A stretch of DNA of 64,000 nucleotides from Candidatus Latescibacterota bacterium (GCA_965116885.1 OZ220741.1:1536001-1600000), one strand, 5' to 3'. Numbered from the stretch's first letter, positions 29,605-40,278 are shown. Numbers and translations: made by a program. The notes: a model not told the origin generated them from the sequence alone.

Positions 29605-31611
29605 ATGTCCGCATCTCCAGAACCGCGCCTTCCCAAATCAGAAACCGCCGAAGGCTCTTCCGTTATTACCAAACGATCCCTCCTGATTGGGCTGGGTATG
29701 GCCATGCTTATGCCTCTGTGGCCGACTTATACCAGCTTTGTGGTGAATTCAACGCGGGCTGATCATTCTCATCTTTCGATGGCGATGCTCATTCCTTTTG
29801 TGGGGCTTCTGATTCTGAACGCCTTTCTCGAGCGGCGCGGTATCGGATTTTCTCCAACGGAATTGCTCACGGTTTGCTGTATCGGTTTTGTCGCATCTAC
29901 TATGCAGGGCGAGTGGCTCACGGTGTGGTTTTTGCAGATGCTGACGATGCCGGCGTATTACGCGTCGCCAGAGAATCGATTCGATGAGCTTCTCCTGCCG
30001 TACATGCCGAGTTGGACGACGATTACCAATCGCGATGCAGTGCGCGGATTTTACGAGGGGCAAGTGCCCGGTGCAGCGTTTCCGTGGGGCGAGTGGTTTT
30101 CGGTGCTTTTCTGGTGGGGTGCGCTGATTGCGAGTATTTTGGCGATTCACCTGTGTCTGAGCGTTTTGCTGCGGAAACAGTGGATGGAATATGAGCGGCT
30201 GTCTTTTCCGGTTGCTACCGCGTTGCTGGAGCTTACAGGTGTTTCGGGTACGACGGGTACGCTGAGGACGCTTGTGCGCAATCGTCTGTTTCAATGGGGG
30301 TTTGGCCTTACGTTTGCCATTATTGCGTGGAATGTGTTCACGTGGTTTTCAGTCAATTTGCCGATGTTTCCTTTTCTGGCGGGGCGATATGGGCGGAATG
30401 TGATTTCGGTGGCGCCGGGCTTTCCGAGTATTGTGACTACGTTTGTGTTGCTCACGTTTTGTCTGGGGTATTTCACCAAGCTGGAGGTGCTTTTCAGCCT
30501 GTGGTTTTTCCATGTGGTTCAGATCTGTGTGGTGGGGTTGTTCAACCGCTTTGGCCTGGATTTGGGTGCGAACGATCCGTGGAGTTCGAGCCATCCGGCG
30601 ATTGGCTGGATGACATTTGGGGGGATGGCCGTTTTTGTCGGCTGGGGGTTCTGGATTGCGCGGTCTCATTTTCGAGATGTTTTTCGCAAGGCGTTTTTGC
30701 GCGATGAGCGTGTAGATGATTCCGAAGAGATTATGTCTTATCGCACGGCTGTCTGGCTTTTGCTGACGTGTTGCGGTTTTGTTTTTCTGTGGCTCTGGCG
30801 CGCGGGGATGGGGCCGGAGACGATTCTCGCATGGTCATTTGCGATGCTCGTTTTGTTTGTGGGGATGTCCCGCATTGTGGTGGAGAGCGGTCTGGTCTAT
30901 CTTCGGGTGCCTCTCACGGCGCCGGGGTTTACATGGCATGCCGTCGGCGTGGGGAATATGGGGCCTGCTGGCGCTTCTATTTTGACGCTTACGATGAGTC
31001 TTGTGGCGGATGGGAAGACGTTTGCGACGACGCAGATGGCGCATGTTCCGAGGTTGAGCATGGCGATGGCAAAGCGCAGTCGAAAAGCCGTGGCGCCGAC
31101 TGTGCTCTTCGGGTGTTTGCTCGGTGCGGCGGTGGTTATCATATTCGTCATATACCAGGGGTATTACGGTATTGGCAGTGCCAATTTTGGCCGGACGACT
31201 TTTAAGGGTATTGGATCTCTCAATGGGGCGGGTTTTAGCCGGCTGGCTGTGTCCCGAATTCAGGGCGATGTGCTGTTCACGGATTGGAATCGCGTTTTGT
31301 TTATGGGTATTGGTGGCATTTTTACGGGTACGCTCTACTTTCTGCGGTATCGCTTCCCGGGTTTTCCGATCCATCCCATTGGTTTTACGATCTGCGGCAT
31401 GGTCGAGATGCAGGATAATTCTTTTAGCATTTTCCTGATGTGGGGTGTGAAGACGATTATTATGAAGTTGGGCGGTTTGGAGCGCTATCGGCACTATGCA
31501 CCCTTTTTCCTGGGGATGATTATGGGCTATATTGCGGGTGTTTTTTTGGGTGTTTTTGTCGATGTTTTCTGGTTTCCCGGAGAGGGGCACGAGATCCATT
31601 GCGACCCATGA
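29605..31611 (+). CDS. Polytopic membrane protein, DUF6785/DUF6784-like putative transporter
   Basis: Many TM segments; RKQW...ERLSFP, SLWFF, R.V.E.G, PIHPIG, PFFLG motifs. Confidence 0.7.
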   Translation: MSASPEPRLPKSETAEGSSVITKRSLLIGLGMAMLMPLWPTYTSFVVNSTRADHSHLSMAMLIPFVGLLILNAFLERRGIGFSPTELLTVCCIGFVASTMQGEWLTVWFLQMLTMPAYYASPENRFDELLLPYMPSWTTITNRDAVRGFYEGQVPGAAFPWGEWFSVLFWWGALIASILAIHLCLSVLLRKQWMEYERLSFPVATALLELTGVSGTTGTLRTLVRNRLFQWGFGLTFAIIAWNVFTWFSVNLPMFPFLAGRYGRNVISVAPGFPSIVTTFVLLTFCLGYFTKLEVLFSLWFFHVVQICVVGLFNRFGLDLGANDPWSSSHPAIGWMTFGGMAVFVGWGFWIARSHFRDVFRKAFLRDERVDDSEEIMSYRTAVWLLLTCCGFVFLWLWRAGMGPETILAWSFAMLVLFVGMSRIVVESGLVYLRVPLTAPGFTWHAVGVGNMGPAGASILTLTMSLVADGKTFATTQMAHVPRLSMAMAKRSRKAVAPTVLFGCLLGAAVVIIFVIYQGYYGIGSANFGRTTFKGIGSLNGAGFSRLAVSRIQGDVLFTDWNRVLFMGIGGIFTGTLYFLRYRFPGFPIHPIGFTICGMVEMQDNSFSIFLMWGVKTIIMKLGGLERYRHYAPFFLGMIMGYIAGVFLGVFVDVFWFPGEGHEIHCDP

Positions 31612-31626
31612 TCGCGGGGTGAGAGA

Positions 31627-32745
31627 ATGAAAATTACGGATGTCAAGACCTATACTGCTGGGCAGGATGGCAGAAATTTTTTGTTTTGCAGAGTTTTTAC
31701 GGATGAGGGGATCTATGGCGTGGGAGAGGCGTCTGGATGGCCGAGTATTCAGACGGAGATTCACCACAAGGCGAGCGTGATTATTGGCGAGGATCCCTTT
31801 AATATCGAGCGGTTGTGGAGTAAGATGTTTTTGCAGACCCATGGGATGTCGGGCATTGTGGGCGCAGGTGCGATTTCAGCTATTGAGATGGCGCTGTGGG
31901 ATATTAAGGGGAAAGCGTTTAATATGCCGGTCTGGCAATTGCTGGGGGGGCGAATGCGCGAGCGATTGCGGGTGTACACGCACGCGAATACGGCCGAGCG
32001 CGCCAGGGAACTCGTGGATCAGGGCTATACCGGTCTCAAGATGGGGGGGATTGAGCACTGCATCCGCGATATTACGGCGATACGCAATGAGGTGGGGGAT
32101 GATGTCGATATTATGGTCGATTTGCACGGTATGCCGTGGATGACGACGCGCGATGCGATTTCTATGGGGCGGAGGCTTGAAGAATTTGGGGTGTTTTTTT
32201 ATGAGGAACCGGTGGCGCCCGAGAACGTGGAGGCGCTTGCGCGCGTGTCCGAAGCGATTAATATCCCCCTTGCAGCCGGGGAACGGCTCGCATACATCTT
32301 CGGTGCGCGGGAGCTTATTGAGCGCGAGATCGTGGATGTTATCCAGCCGGATGCCGGGCGGTTTGGGGGTCTGGCTCAGATGAAGAAGCTCGCGGGCATG
32401 GCCGAGGCACACTATATCCAGTTTGCGCCTCACGATGGGTCGCTGGGGCCGGTGGGGGAGATCGCGTCTCTCCATCTGTGTGCGACGTTGCCAAATTTTT
32501 TGATCTGGGAGCACCGAACGGGCGATGTTCAGGCGCGGTATGAGGTGATGGCTCCGCAACCTGAGGTGGTCGATAGTTATATCGCGATTCCCGAGGGTCC
32601 GGGCTTAGGTGTTGATCTGGTGGATGAAGAGATCGAAAGATATGCGTGTGAATTACTGGGCGGGCGTTCGTCCTATGCGGAGGACAATACGTACGACAGT
32701 CAGTACGTATATGCCCGGTTCCCCCGGAAACGGTGGCTGGGGTAG
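31627..32745 (+). CDS. Mandelate racemase/galactonate dehydratase-like enolase-superfamily enzyme
   Basis: MKITDVK, IEMALWDIKGK, MVDLHG, YEEP, AAGER, IQPD, APH. Confidence 0.88.
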   Translation: MKITDVKTYTAGQDGRNFLFCRVFTDEGIYGVGEASGWPSIQTEIHHKASVIIGEDPFNIERLWSKMFLQTHGMSGIVGAGAISAIEMALWDIKGKAFNMPVWQLLGGRMRERLRVYTHANTAERARELVDQGYTGLKMGGIEHCIRDITAIRNEVGDDVDIMVDLHGMPWMTTRDAISMGRRLEEFGVFFYEEPVAPENVEALARVSEAINIPLAAGERLAYIFGARELIEREIVDVIQPDAGRFGGLAQMKKLAGMAEAHYIQFAPHDGSLGPVGEIASLHLCATLPNFLIWEHRTGDVQARYEVMAPQPEVVDSYIAIPEGPGLGVDLVDEEIERYACELLGGRSSYAEDNTYDSQYVYARFPRKRWLG

Positions 32746-32754
32746 GGAATTTGC

Positions 32755-33924
32755 TCAAATCTCCATCACGGTCTGCGCCTGGATTCGGTCCCAATCGATT
32801 TTTCGCCCGAGTCCGGGCGTTTGCGGTACGAACATGTAGCCGTCTCGTACTTCTGTCGTTTCTTCGATCAAGCCGGCAAATGCCGACGCGAGGGATCTGT
32901 CTGCGCCCGTGGGCGGCCAGGATGAGACTTCCCACCAGTCGTCGTTTCGGACTGCGGCTACGACGTGGGGATTTCCCCCGTGGCAGTTTAGACCAAACAT
33001 TTCCGCGAGGTTGGCCAATTTCATTTGTCCCGTGATGCCCAGTCCTGTTTGGCGCACGATGTCGATGGCGCCGATTGACAGGTACGGCGCGGCGAGGTAG
33101 GGGTTGCCCTGGATGGATTCCAGTGCCATTACTGGAAGGTCGATTGCGTCTGACAGCCGCTTCAGGCCGTTGATGTCGAATTCCTGCAGGGGTTCTTCGA
33201 TCCAGAGATAATTCAGTTCTTCGAGTCCGCGTCCGACTACGATTGCATCTTCGACAGAGTATTGTTGTACCGGGTCGTGCATGAGTACCATGTCGTCGCC
33301 TACGAGGTCCCGGATGTCTTTGGCGAGCGCGAGGTTGGTTTCCACGCCGAGCATGGAATGGTCTTTGAAGCCTTTGTATCCTTCGTCAACAGCCCGTTGA
33401 GCGGATTTTAGGGTGTCTTCGTAGGGTATGCCGGTTTCGGTGAGGTACGCGGGAACGCGATTGCGAAATCCGCCGAGCAATTTGTGGATGGGTAATTGTG
33501 CGTGAAGGCCCGCCAGGTCCCAGAGGAGGGAGTCGATGAGGGCGAGCGGTGCGGTGGATGCCATGTGGAAATACCGCCGCGCCATCCACATTTTGTGCCA
33601 CATATACTCCCGGTCCAGCGCGTCCGTGCCTGCGATTTCCGGTTCCCACTGTACTTTGAATGTGCGCGCTGCCCATTCGAGGTCTTCCTGTGCCCAGCCT
33701 GTGGAAAAAATACCGCAGGTTTGTAGGTTTGCATCTGTGCGGATGCGAAGCAGGGTGAGGTAAGCCGGTCTTTTTGTGAGCTGAATTCCCTCGCCTTGAA
33801 AGAGCCGATGACCAAATCGCACTTTGTGCGCGCCGGGATATTCCCGCATGGTGCGCAATGGTCGCCATTCCGGGGTTACGGGTTCGCTTTTCAGGATCAG
33901 AAAGTCGATTGCTTCAATTTTCAT
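32755..33924 (-). CDS. Mandelate racemase/muconate lactonizing enzyme family protein
   Basis: LWDLAG, LLGGFR, KGFKDH, LMHD, WIEEP, PGLG. Confidence 0.85.
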   Translation of the reverse strand: MKIEAIDFLILKSEPVTPEWRPLRTMREYPGAHKVRFGHRLFQGEGIQLTKRPAYLTLLRIRTDANLQTCGIFSTGWAQEDLEWAARTFKVQWEPEIAGTDALDREYMWHKMWMARRYFHMASTAPLALIDSLLWDLAGLHAQLPIHKLLGGFRNRVPAYLTETGIPYEDTLKSAQRAVDEGYKGFKDHSMLGVETNLALAKDIRDLVGDDMVLMHDPVQQYSVEDAIVVGRGLEELNYLWIEEPLQEFDINGLKRLSDAIDLPVMALESIQGNPYLAAPYLSIGAIDIVRQTGLGITGQMKLANLAEMFGLNCHGGNPHVVAAVRNDDWWEVSSWPPTGADRSLASAFAGLIEETTEVRDGYMFVPQTPGLGRKIDWDRIQAQTVMEI

Positions 33925-33936
33925 GGCGTTATCCTC

Positions 33937-34677
33937 CTATTTTCCTACTGAGCCGAAATATACGGCAAAATGTTCGACGCCGTCGAGTTTGAGTGCCCGA
34001 TTCAATTCGTCGTCGTTGAATGCCGCACTGGTGCAGGCGCGGCAGTTTACCGCCATGGTGCCCAGGTACAGGTTCTGCCCCACATGACCGGCGTCAAGAT
34101 GGATGTAGCGATACCCCCGGTCGCCGTAGCGCCAGGTCATTCGGGTGGCTACTGTTGTCCAGATGAATGTGGCGGCACTTGTCTGGATCAGTTCGGGTTG
34201 CAAGGTGGTGTTGGCAATTTTGTCGCCTATTTCCTCTGATTGGTCGATTATCCCCAGCTTGTGTCCCATGGCCAGATACCGGTATAACCCGCGGTCCAAT
34301 CCTTCCACGTTATTTACTACGATATAGGTTTCAAATGCGTGGCGCGCACCCGCCGATGGTACGGTGCGAAATGTTTCGCCTTGATCAAATTCTTTTACGC
34401 CCTGCGTTGCCCAGAGTAAGTAGGTCAGGGTATCCAGTGTGATGGGTTCGTCGAAGAATACGCGTTCGCTCTTGCGCTCGTCTATGGCTCGGCGCAGGTC
34501 GATTTGCGTTGTTTCGATCTGCGCGGGTTCGGGTAGATCTATTGTTTCGCCCTGGTAATGCAATTCGGGCATGGGTGGTGGTTCTCTGCGCGCTTGCCCG
34601 GTTGGACCCAGATTTTTAAACTGTGTGCGCCGCATGAATTCCGGTCCCGCTTGCGGTCGTCGTTTGCGTTTTGCCAT
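33937..34677 (-). CDS. SagB/ThcOx-family nitroreductase-fold dehydrogenase
   Basis: RKSER, LLWATQG, RTVPSAGARH, YGDRGYRYIHLDAGHVGQNLYL. Confidence 0.9.
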   Translation of the reverse strand: MAKRKRRPQAGPEFMRRTQFKNLGPTGQARREPPPMPELHYQGETIDLPEPAQIETTQIDLRRAIDERKSERVFFDEPITLDTLTYLLWATQGVKEFDQGETFRTVPSAGARHAFETYIVVNNVEGLDRGLYRYLAMGHKLGIIDQSEEIGDKIANTTLQPELIQTSAATFIWTTVATRMTWRYGDRGYRYIHLDAGHVGQNLYLGTMAVNCRACTSAAFNDDELNRALKLDGVEHFAVYFGSVGK

Positions 34678-36270
34678 TTAATTTTCCTCTTTGATTTGTG
34701 CGCCTATGGCTTCTACGGCTTCTATGCCCAGGCGGTCTTCGAGTTGTTTTAAGTACAGACTGCGCGGAACTACTTTTTGTCCGTGCGATTCCCAGTATCC
34801 ATCTTCGCGTTTGTACCGACCGTTTCGTTTCTCGCCGATGCAGCCGATGGCGTAATTTTGCGATGTTGGGGGTTTTTGTAAGATAAAGCTCTCTGCCTCG
34901 CAATTCCACAATACTTTTTGCGCGCCCGCCCAACCGTGACCGGTGCCCGAACTTTGCCGGTCCTGTACGTTGATGGCGTTGCCGTTTACGATTATGTTGT
35001 CAAATAGGGTGCAGACAGACCAGCGGTGATGGGGGCCGGTGTCGGAGTGCGCGATGTCTGCTACGCAATCCACGAATGCATTTGGTCCCGGTACGCGTGC
35101 GTGTAGTACATAATCGTGACGACCTCGGCGGGTATAACACCGTTGTACGAGGGATAATTGTCCGTGGATGGGGAAGGAGTAGCGCCGCGATCCGGTGATT
35201 TTTGATACGGGGTCGAGACACTGGCTATCCTGTACGGTCATCCATTTTGCCTGGTTGCCAATGGTTACACACGCATATCCAAAGTGAACCGAGGTGATGT
35301 CGCGCGCCCAGGCATTTTGTACATAGGAGAATACGACGAAGTTCCAGGCGTGGTCTTCGTCGATGTATTCGTTTTTTCGCCGGGGATCTTTTTTGCGGTT
35401 GTCGTATTCCGATACACCGCGCAAGTTTTCAATGCCGACCTGTTCAATGCGCCCGGGATATTCGTATTTGTAAATCGATCCGCCGCCGTATTCGCGTTCT
35501 ATCGCGTTGCCCATTGGCGCGTCGATTGTTATTTGATTGCCTTCTATGGCAGTTATGGTGCGGTCAAAGTGGAAGTCGTAAGAGCCGGGTTTCCATTGCC
35601 GAACGTCGGGGTGTCTCATTTCGATGCGGTCCATACCTATGGTCGCGATCCACTTTGCGGTGCTGGGGCGATGTACGATGATGTTATCGCCGACTGCAAA
35701 ATTCGAAGCATCTTCTATAGAAAATATTTTTTCGCCTACTGGGACGTAATTATCTACAATTGTCTGTCGCGTGTTTTCTATTTCTCGCGGTCTGCGTCCC
35801 CGGCCTTTAAATTCGATTAATGTGCGCTGTCCTTTCCCCGTTGCGATCAATACTGTGCCGTTTTCACCCGTGCCCTCACCGCGGAGCACGATGCCACTTG
35901 CCCGAATATGCAGGGTTCCGCTAATTCGATATTGTCCGCGTTCGAGTAATAAGGTGCCGCGAAATCCATTGGCGTCCGGTGTGCGCGCAGATACGTCGTC
36001 AATTGCCGCTTGTAATCGCGCTGTGTCGTCTCCTTCAGCCTGGGGTTGAACGGTTAATACGACGGGTACATCTGGCAGTGCCACACCACCACCCATGTAC
36101 CCGCAGTGCGAGAAGTCCGGGATTATATTGCCCTTTTCATCCGGTACATAGACCAGTCGTCCGTCAGGTCCCGGATATACCAATTTGCTGTGGTTTCCTT
36201 CTGCCCACGCGGTTGTGGTGCAGGAGAGAAATACGCACAGTACGACGATAAAGCTCAGTATATCAATCAT
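34678..36270 (-). CDS. Secreted beta-helix polysaccharide lyase-like protein
   Basis: Signal peptide, IPDFSHCGY, GDDTARLQAAID, VLRGEG, GPHHRW, GHGWAGA, SLYLKQL. Confidence 0.65.
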   Translation of the reverse strand: MIDILSFIVVLCVFLSCTTTAWAEGNHSKLVYPGPDGRLVYVPDEKGNIIPDFSHCGYMGGGVALPDVPVVLTVQPQAEGDDTARLQAAIDDVSARTPDANGFRGTLLLERGQYRISGTLHIRASGIVLRGEGTGENGTVLIATGKGQRTLIEFKGRGRRPREIENTRQTIVDNYVPVGEKIFSIEDASNFAVGDNIIVHRPSTAKWIATIGMDRIEMRHPDVRQWKPGSYDFHFDRTITAIEGNQITIDAPMGNAIEREYGGGSIYKYEYPGRIEQVGIENLRGVSEYDNRKKDPRRKNEYIDEDHAWNFVVFSYVQNAWARDITSVHFGYACVTIGNQAKWMTVQDSQCLDPVSKITGSRRYSFPIHGQLSLVQRCYTRRGRHDYVLHARVPGPNAFVDCVADIAHSDTGPHHRWSVCTLFDNIIVNGNAINVQDRQSSGTGHGWAGAQKVLWNCEAESFILQKPPTSQNYAIGCIGEKRNGRYKREDGYWESHGQKVVPRSLYLKQLEDRLGIEAVEAIGAQIKEEN

Positions 36271-36280
36271 AAGATCTCCT

Positions 36281-36736
36281 TTACACGATGTCCTCGTATC
36301 GCGGTAGTGTGTCTATGAAGCGATAGGCGTTGTTTTTTCGATCAATTGCACAGCAATAATGTTGCAGGCCATTTGTTGCGATGAGGTAGGTGGCCTGTAC
36401 GACTGTATTGTATCGCCCAATCTGGTCAAAGACCTGTTGGGTGATTTTTACTTCGGGGGCTTTGCATTCTGCCATTAACAGTGCTTTTCCTTTTACGTCA
36501 TATACGAGTACATCGGCGCGACACTGCATGCCCTGAAATACAAATCCGGTTTCGATTGCGGTGCGTCCCTGCGGATAGCCCAGTCCTTTGATCAAATATC
36601 GCACAAGATTCTGTCGCACCCATTCTTCGGGGGTTAATACCACGTATTTTTGACGGAGGGAGTCTAAGATCATTTCGCTTCCGTCGCGGTTTGCGATGTC
36701 AAATGTGGATGAGGTTGGGAAATTTAGTTTTTGCAT
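36281..36736 (-). CDS. Stand-alone type I restriction enzyme HsdR N-terminal domain protein
   Basis: LTPEEWVRQ, GYP, RADVLVY, ECKAP, Q..RYN, TNG. Confidence 0.88.
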   Translation of the reverse strand: MQKLNFPTSSTFDIANRDGSEMILDSLRQKYVVLTPEEWVRQNLVRYLIKGLGYPQGRTAIETGFVFQGMQCRADVLVYDVKGKALLMAECKAPEVKITQQVFDQIGRYNTVVQATYLIATNGLQHYCCAIDRKNNAYRFIDTLPRYEDIV

Positions 36737-36758
36737 GGTGTTATCTTATCGTATAAGC

Positions 36759-36833
36759 GGGCGGGCACAGGGGCACCGCCCCTACAAAAACCCGATAACA
36801 TATCATCGTAGGGGACGGCCCCTGTGCCGTCCC
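36759..36833. repeat. GTAG-tagged REP doublet (type B reverse, type A forward)
   Basis: GGGCGGGCACAGGGGCACCGCCCCTAC (36759-36785) and GTAGGGGACGGCCCCTGTGCCGTCCC (36808-36833). Confidence 0.85.
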
Positions 36834-36854
36834 GAATGACCATAGAAAATCCCT

Positions 36855-38126
36855 CTATTCCCTCAATGCCACGACGGGCGCGAGTGAGGCGGCTTTGCGG
36901 GCGGGCAAGAGCGCGAATATAAAGCACAATCCCACGGATGCGATAGATATGTATGCAAAATCAATGGCGAGCATTTTTACGGGTAATGCCTGGATGATGT
37001 AAATTTGACCGGGGAGTTTGATCCATTCAAAGGTTTGTTGCGACCAGCACAGGAGATAGCCAATCGCATTGCCCAAAACGACGCCTGTAAGGCCAACGCC
37101 CAGGCCCTTGAGTGTGAAGATTTTGCCAATTGCACGCGGTGTTGCGCCCATTGCTTTTAATATGCCGATGTCGCGCTGTCTGTCGCCTACTGTCATGGTC
37201 AAGATGCTGACGATGTTGAAACCGGCTACCATTACAATGAGACACAGTACCAGAGAGCTAAACCATTTTTCCAGACGGATGGATGCATACAGGTTGCGGT
37301 GGGTGTCCATCCAGGTTATGACATCAAAATCTGTTCCTGCGGGAAGGGTGGATGCGATACGGTGTGCTTCATAAGGTTCGGCGAGCCGAATCTGGATGCC
37401 CGAGATTTGGTCGCGCCATCCCAGGTCGCGTTGTGCCGCTTCGAGCGGTACAAATGCGAGTGCAGAGTCGAGTTCGTCCAGGCCCGTGTGAAAGATGGCG
37501 GTTACTTTGTAGGGCCACAATTGCGGTTGTTGTCCCATTAAGACTTCTTTGGGTACCAATCCCAGCATGATTTCGGTGCCGACTACTGCGCCGAGCCGGT
37601 CTGCGAGTACGCGGCCAATGGCCGTGCCATACACTTTGGCGCGTCTGGTGGCGGGCGTGATTTGATCGGGGTCGGGAGGTTGAATATTCAGATCGAGGTC
37701 TCCTGCCCATAAATACGCATTGAGGTCTGTAATTTTTGCCAATTGTGCGGCGTCTATTCCCCGCACGGCCACGCCAGCCTGGATCATTTCGCCGCCAGGG
37801 GGTCGCCGAAGCGCGAATCCCTCAGTCGCTATAAAAGGTGCTGCTGCGCGTACAGCGGTCTGTTTTTTTATGTATTCGATTTGTTCTGCGTTGGGCGACA
37901 TGGGCTGTGCATGGGGTTTTTGCACGATGACATGCGGGCTTACACTCAACAGGCTGTCCCACAACAATGCCGAAAATCCATTAAAGACGGATAGGACAAT
38001 GACGAGAGCGGCAACGCCAATGGTTACGCCTGCAATAGCAATGGCAGCGGTTAACGATATCTGGCGTTGCTGGCGCATGGCGCGCATGAGTCGCCGCGCG
38101 ATGAAGTATTCGTAGGTATTACTCAT
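36855..38126 (-). CDS. Lipoprotein-releasing ABC transporter permease (LolC/E family)
   Basis: GVAALVIVLSVFNGF, VAGFNIVSIL, DIGILKAMGA, Y.I..LPV. Confidence 0.88.
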   Translation of the reverse strand: MSNTYEYFIARRLMRAMRQQRQISLTAAIAIAGVTIGVAALVIVLSVFNGFSALLWDSLLSVSPHVIVQKPHAQPMSPNAEQIEYIKKQTAVRAAAPFIATEGFALRRPPGGEMIQAGVAVRGIDAAQLAKITDLNAYLWAGDLDLNIQPPDPDQITPATRRAKVYGTAIGRVLADRLGAVVGTEIMLGLVPKEVLMGQQPQLWPYKVTAIFHTGLDELDSALAFVPLEAAQRDLGWRDQISGIQIRLAEPYEAHRIASTLPAGTDFDVITWMDTHRNLYASIRLEKWFSSLVLCLIVMVAGFNIVSILTMTVGDRQRDIGILKAMGATPRAIGKIFTLKGLGVGLTGVVLGNAIGYLLCWSQQTFEWIKLPGQIYIIQALPVKMLAIDFAYISIASVGLCFIFALLPARKAASLAPVVALRE

Positions 38127-39348
38127 ATCTAATAGCTTCTATGGGGTCCAGTTTTGCCGCTCGTTTTGCGGGCCAGCGGGCAAATACGAGGCATAGCAAT
38201 AATGCCAGTGCCGAGATCATCGCGAAGTCCAGTATATTTATGGTTACGGGTAGGGCGTTGATAAAATAAATATCGCCGGAAAGCGATATGGGTGCATAGA
38301 CCTTTTGTATCCAGCACAGGCCCCCGCCCAATATATTGCCCAATAATACACCACTCGCTCCGATTATTAGACCTTCTCGGGAAAAAATTTGGGCGATGCT
38401 TTTGGGTGCTGCCCCCATTGCTTTCAAGATGCCAATTTCGCGTCTGCGCTCATTCACGGCCATGGTTAGTATGCTGATGATGTTGAATCCCGCGACGACT
38501 ACGATCAGGCTCAAGACCACGAAGCTCGCCCATTTTTGCAACTGGATCCACGCGTACAGATTGCCCTGTGCATACATCCACGATGTGGGGAACATATCGG
38601 CATGCGTTTCCGCCAATGTCTCTCGCAATTCAACGCTGACGCGATCGGCCTCAAATGCATTGACGAGGCGCACTTGAATGCCCGTTGCCAGGTCGCCCCA
38701 TTGTAAGTCCCGTTGTGCAGCCGAGAGGGATACGTAGATTAGTGAGGCGTCAAATTCGTAAAATCCCGTTTCAAAAATGCCGGTTATCACATATTGTCGA
38801 AGGGGGGGTATGTTGGTGAGGTCTTTGGGGGCGGCCAGCAGGCGAATTTTTGATCCTGTGGAGGCACCCAATTTTTCGGCGAGTGTTTTGCCTATCACGA
38901 TTCCAAAGGTGTTGCCTTCTATGCGGGTTAATTCCATTTTCCCTTCGGTTATGTGATGGACGATGTCGCTGCTTTTCACAATGCCATCTACGCCCCGCAC
39001 TAAGACACCCGATGTGACAGTGCCCACATCTTTGACCCTGTTCAGTACATAACCTTCTGTTTCTATGACGGGGTTGGCTCCGACTACTTCGGGATGTTTT
39101 TCGAGCAATTGGATGATGGGGGCGTAATTTTCTATGCGTTCGCTGTACGGGCGCCGCACGGTTATATGGGGATTTATGCCCACCTGGCGGTCAAAGATCA
39201 TGTCTGCATAGCCATTCATTACCGATAGAGTGATGACGAGTGCCCCAACTCCCAGTCCGACGCCTATGATGGCAATGATTGTGGTTAATCCCATGCGACG
39301 ACCAACGCTGAAGAGGTGTCGTCTAATTATGGTCCATTCATATCCCAT
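38119..39348 (-). CDS. Lipoprotein-releasing ABC transporter permease (LolC/E family)
   Basis: GVGALVITLSVMNG, FETGFYEFD, VAGFNIISIL, EIGILKAMGA, LDPIEAIRYE. Confidence 0.9.
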   Translation of the reverse strand: MGYEWTIIRRHLFSVGRRMGLTTIIAIIGVGLGVGALVITLSVMNGYADMIFDRQVGINPHITVRRPYSERIENYAPIIQLLEKHPEVVGANPVIETEGYVLNRVKDVGTVTSGVLVRGVDGIVKSSDIVHHITEGKMELTRIEGNTFGIVIGKTLAEKLGASTGSKIRLLAAPKDLTNIPPLRQYVITGIFETGFYEFDASLIYVSLSAAQRDLQWGDLATGIQVRLVNAFEADRVSVELRETLAETHADMFPTSWMYAQGNLYAWIQLQKWASFVVLSLIVVVAGFNIISILTMAVNERRREIGILKAMGAAPKSIAQIFSREGLIIGASGVLLGNILGGGLCWIQKVYAPISLSGDIYFINALPVTINILDFAMISALALLLCLVFARWPAKRAAKLDPIEAIRYE

Positions 39349-39437
39349 ATCCCAGCCTTTATACAAAAAATCCCGATTCAGAAACACACCGGTGTTTAGA
39401 ATCAGGATTTTTGTGTTGTGATGTTCAGGTTGCAGTT

Positions 39438-40187
39438 TCACAAGTTGTTTTTTTCCAGCGAACTGAGCCTGTCTCTCAACCGAGCCGCTTGTTCATATCG
39501 TTCTTCGACAATGGCTTTTTGGAGTTTTTGCACCAGTTTTTGTTGCAAAGTGATTGGGCGATCGCGTTCTATTTCTTCAGCCCATGCGGAGAGGGCTTCG
39601 ATCTCTTCGTCTGCTTCAACGCCAGAATTTGCCACGCATGTTTGAATTTTGTCGATTCCTTCTTCAATGTGGTTCAGAGCACCGGCATAATCGTCTTTTT
39701 GCAAACAAATTTCACCCCGCGCACGGGTGTGAATCATGAGTACATAAGGCCGATAGTGTTCAAATATTTTTCGATCCTCTTCTTCTTCGGCATAAGCCCG
39801 CACGAGATCCAGAAGTGCCAGATTGTGGGCGGTGTCGCGCACGACTGATTCAAAATCGCCCAGGCGCATCAAACAGACATAGCGATGATAAAATAATAGT
39901 CCCTCTTGGCTCAATTCGATGCACGCATCTCTGTCGAGATAAAAATTCTCATCTGTACCAGAATGCGTGTGTTCGGCTTCGAGTTGATCTAAATAGTAGT
40001 CCAGCAATGAAAAATGGCCGTTCGGACACGTTCCGTCAGGTCTATCGTTCATTTCCATCTGCATTAAGCCCAGATCCAGACGTACTTGCAATTTTTCCCG
40101 TCCGTCCAGGCCCCGAATTTTGCGTACACAAATATCAGTGGGGTCAAAATCCCAGTTAGATAAAAATGGGCTGAGGTCGTGTTTCAT
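39438..40187 (-). CDS. UvrB/UvrC motif-containing protein
   Basis: LQVRLDLGLMQME..RPDG N-terminal family motif; C-terminal AIVEERYEQAARLRD UVR motif. Confidence 0.8.
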   Translation of the reverse strand: MKHDLSPFLSNWDFDPTDICVRKIRGLDGREKLQVRLDLGLMQMEMNDRPDGTCPNGHFSLLDYYLDQLEAEHTHSGTDENFYLDRDACIELSQEGLLFYHRYVCLMRLGDFESVVRDTAHNLALLDLVRAYAEEEEDRKIFEHYRPYVLMIHTRARGEICLQKDDYAGALNHIEEGIDKIQTCVANSGVEADEEIEALSAWAEEIERDRPITLQQKLVQKLQKAIVEERYEQAARLRDRLSSLEKNNL

Positions 40188-40278
40188 TATTTTTCCTTTT
40201 TTTAGTCAGTCTGTAAATGTCGGAGAAATATGAAGAAAACCCCACTAAAAGTCAACCCGTTTGCAAGGACTACGGTAC

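Noticed and set aside
33937..34677. RiPP (azole) biosynthetic cluster around the SagB-like gene
   Set aside because: No YcaO, precursor peptide or transporter nearby; stand-alone SagB/nitroreductases are common
36281..36736. Type I restriction-modification system
   Set aside because: Only a stand-alone HsdR N-terminal domain, with no hsdM/hsdS or helicase nearby
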